Shown piece after piece: positions 61,603 through 64,000 of a DNA stretch of 64,000 nt. The translations under genes and the position numbers were made by a program. Positions within the stretch are counted from its first letter, which is position 1. Each line of letters opens with the position of its first letter. The notes beneath the pieces were generated by a model, which worked only from the letters and a program-made list of their open reading frames with translations, searched no databases and was not told the DNA's origin. The stretch lies in assembly GCA_016840405.1 (NCBI GenBank), contig JAEOSK010000009.1, forward strand, positions 26,808 to 90,807. The letters run 5' to 3'. The stretch comes from Candidatus Hermodarchaeum yapensis. GTDB lineage: Archaea; Asgardarchaeota; Hermodarchaeia; Hermodarchaeales; Hermodarchaeaceae.

Positions 61603-61711
61603 AGTAAACGCCTCCCAAGGAGTTACAATCTCAACTGTAAAAAGGGCTTTGAAATCGAAAATCCTGCATTAACTGGGCAAGGACTGTTAAAAAGGGTTGC
61701 TCATCAGGTGT

Positions 61712-63049
61712 TTAACGTAATTTAACGTAATCATAGGCATCGCGTGCTGTGTCAAATGCATAATGAACTTTTTGAAACTTCTTACGAAACTGGGCTACTT
61801 CCTTTGCCACTAGTTTTGGTGATTTTTGGTCGAATACAATTTTACGCATGAATTCAGCTATTTGAGACATTTCTTCCTCTTTCATACCGAGCCGTGTAAC
61901 CTCACTGGTACCCAATCGAATGCCTCCCGGACGAATGTAATCCCGTCCAAAGCGTTTATCCCATGGGAGCAAGTTTCGGTTAATGATAATGTTCGCTTCC
62001 TCTAGTTTTTCTTCTACAGCCCTACCATTCTGAAGCGGACTATTTGCCACTTCAATAAGTAATACGTGAGATTTTGTGAATCCTTTATGTTCTGCAAGAA
62101 CTTTGAAGCCTTCTTCCATTAAGGCTGATCCTAGGGCTTGTGCATTCTTGATGATTTGTTTACTATACTCTTTGCCAAAGGCAATCATTTCTGCCATTGC
62201 AACAGCTTTTGCTGCAACATGGTGGAGATGGTGATTGCTATGAAGTGCGGGGAAGACTCCGCGTTTAATTCGGTCGGCAAACTCTTCATGGGCAACAATG
62301 CAGCCCCCTTGGGGGCCTGGAAGGGTTTTATGAGTACTGAAAGTGAGACTATTTGCTCCCTCACGAAGTGGATCTTGAAAAATATTGGCTGCTACCAAAC
62401 CTGCCACATGGGCTGCATCATGATTTACATACGATCCATATCCCTTAGCAACTTCTGCGATCTCAGTTATGGGGTGAGGAAAGGGAAATACTGACGCTCC
62501 AAACATGTAAAAGTCAATGTGCTTGCCTTTCTTTTTTAATCGTTCAATTTTCCGAATTGTAGCGTCAACGTCAATATTCAATTCGTATTCGTCATATTTG
62601 AAGTATTGAATCTTCAATCCCCTAACTCGACCGGCGGTACCCCATAAGCGATGGCGGGCAGATGAAATGTGACCACCAGTGGGTATTGATAAACACATCA
62701 TTCGGTCTCCTGGTTCAGTAAACGCGGTAAGAATACTTAGATTCGCTAAAACACCGCTAATTGGTCGCACATCGGCGAAATCAGCGCGGAACAAAGTCTT
62801 CGTTAGTTCGTTGCCCAAGATTTCAACTTCATCAATATATTTTGTTCCCGCATAAACCCGTTCACCTGGCCAACCTTCTGCATAGCGGTCACTGAAATCC
62901 ACCTGCATGGCTTCTCGAACAGCAGGGGAATGTACATTTTCTGATGCGATTAAATTGACAGTGTCTCGCATCCAGGAGTGGTGTTTTTCTAATAGACTAA
63001 AAATTTCATTATATGTTGATTGGGCTTCACTAGGTTTCATCTTTTCCAA
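61712..63049 (-). CDS. glyA: Serine hydroxymethyltransferase
   Basis: NLIASEN, RYAEG, STHKTLPGPQGG, GIRLGT. Confidence 0.95.
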   Translation of the reverse strand: MEKMKPSEAQSTYNEIFSLLEKHHSWMRDTVNLIASENVHSPAVREAMQVDFSDRYAEGWPGERVYAGTKYIDEVEILGNELTKTLFRADFADVRPISGVLANLSILTAFTEPGDRMMCLSIPTGGHISSARHRLWGTAGRVRGLKIQYFKYDEYELNIDVDATIRKIERLKKKGKHIDFYMFGASVFPFPHPITEIAEVAKGYGSYVNHDAAHVAGLVAANIFQDPLREGANSLTFSTHKTLPGPQGGCIVAHEEFADRIKRGVFPALHSNHHLHHVAAKAVAMAEMIAFGKEYSKQIIKNAQALGSALMEEGFKVLAEHKGFTKSHVLLIEVANSPLQNGRAVEEKLEEANIIINRNLLPWDKRFGRDYIRPGGIRLGTSEVTRLGMKEEEMSQIAEFMRKIVFDQKSPKLVAKEVAQFRKKFQKVHYAFDTARDAYDYVKLR

Positions 63050-63157
63050 CTCATATTGGGGCTCATTAGGTTTTAGGAGGAAGTGACTGTTATTTCAAGA
63101 AACCTTAAAAACGGTTAGGATTTAAGGATTCCATACAAGCTAGAAGGCAGGGATTGT

Positions 63158-63358
63158 ATGCCCAAATCGAAACGAAAACGACAATCAGAGGGTCCAATGC
63201 CAGCGGCAGGAGCCGGGTTGATACGCTTCTTTGCTGACTCCAGTGAAGGCATCAAAGTAGGTCCCATTCTTGTTTTAACCATCTCAATATCGCTTATCAT
63301 CATCATTTTGATGGCGCATTTCGGCATCTTCACGCTACTCGGATTTAGACCTCTATAG
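63158..63358 (+). CDS. secG: Preprotein translocase Sec61beta
   Basis: AGLIRFF..GIKVGP plus one TM helix. Confidence 0.9.
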   Translation: MPKSKRKRQSEGPMPAAGAGLIRFFADSSEGIKVGPILVLTISISLIIIILMAHFGIFTLLGFRPL

Positions 63359-63462
63359 TCAAATTACTCCAGCTATCGAGAACTCTAGCAGAGTTAAAAT
63401 AGAAAATATGCATATTCCTGACGAAGGTAAATTTTACGCCTAATGACTCGTGGGATTTTCGA

Positions 63463-64000
63463 ATGCAGAGACCTCCCTCTGATTTCAAACTCATCAGTTC
63501 ACGCAATATCCTAATTCGAGCAGGTAAACAACAACTACTTTTTGATCCCACTAAGATACACCGTCATTGGGTATCGCAAAACACAATCGCATGCATTTCT
63601 CATGCCCATGCTGATCACATCGCAGGATTTCGAAGTTCCATCCAAAAAATCGTAACTCCGGAAACCCTAGAACTCTACAAAGCTCTTGCAACAACACCAC
63701 GAAAAGTTCAACCAATCGTACCTGGCCAAAGCCTCCCACTTACGGGAGAGGGGTCAATACAGATTCACCCTGCGGGTCATATGCTTGGTGCAGCACAATT
63801 TGTAATAGAAAGAAATGGCGCCCGCCTCGTTTACACTGGGGACTTCAACCTCCGTTCCTCAATGACTGCTAAAGGCGCAAACCCACTCCCCTGCGACGTT
63901 CTACTAATGGAAGCAACATATGGACGACCTGATGCAGTGTTTCCTCCACGGGAACAGGTCTATTCGGAAATTGCCGAATGGACGAGTCACGAGTTGAAAG
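63463..64000 (+). CDS. MBL-fold (beta-CASP-like) nuclease, 3' end outside window
   Basis: SHAHADH, PAGHMLG, YTGDF, MEATYG. Confidence 0.85.
   Translation, partial: MQRPPSDFKLISSRNILIRAGKQQLLFDPTKIHRHWVSQNTIACISHAHADHIAGFRSSIQKIVTPETLELYKALATTPRKVQPIVPGQSLPLTGEGSIQIHPAGHMLGAAQFVIERNGARLVYTGDFNLRSSMTAKGANPLPCDVLLMEATYGRPDAVFPPREQVYSEIAEWTSHELK

Overview
Core-chromosome window of an archaeon, most likely an Asgard lineage (inferred from PolD, Cdc6/Orc1, RFC, Elf1, Sec61beta and a eukaryote-like OSTC/DC2 subunit). The left 21 kb is a replication cluster (rfcS with intein, rfcL, two cdc6/orc1, radB, xpd, polD1) around an ORB-marked origin at about 15.8-17.4 kb. The rest holds housekeeping genes (valS, aRF1, pyrH, gcvT, folP, cofE, atpF/A/B, lhr, RPA, polD2, glyA), six tRNAs and several selfish elements (three inteins, a broken free-standing LAGLIDADG gene, an IS605-type remnant). 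Two candidate undescribed systems stand out. (1) Two paralogous ~580-aa HTH/Lrp-like proteins are each paired with an unannotated 12-aa peptide gene (MSYPRIRPLPGN, MQWPPIRPYPDP; both have GGAGGT 9 nt before ATG and a downstream hairpin). (2) An origin-proximal AAA+ ATPase / ribbon-helix-helix / Cas2-like-wHTH module is surrounded by phased 9-bp YATTGAAWT arrays, which may be a non-ParA partition or origin-control system. Also found: a four-intron tRNA-Pro, a likely -1 frameshift fusing MoxR to VWA, a C/D-box guide RNA predicted to target tRNA C34, an OST4-like small ORF, and an lhr 5'-end duplication around the endonuclease. All calls come from reading motifs by eye; no searches were run.
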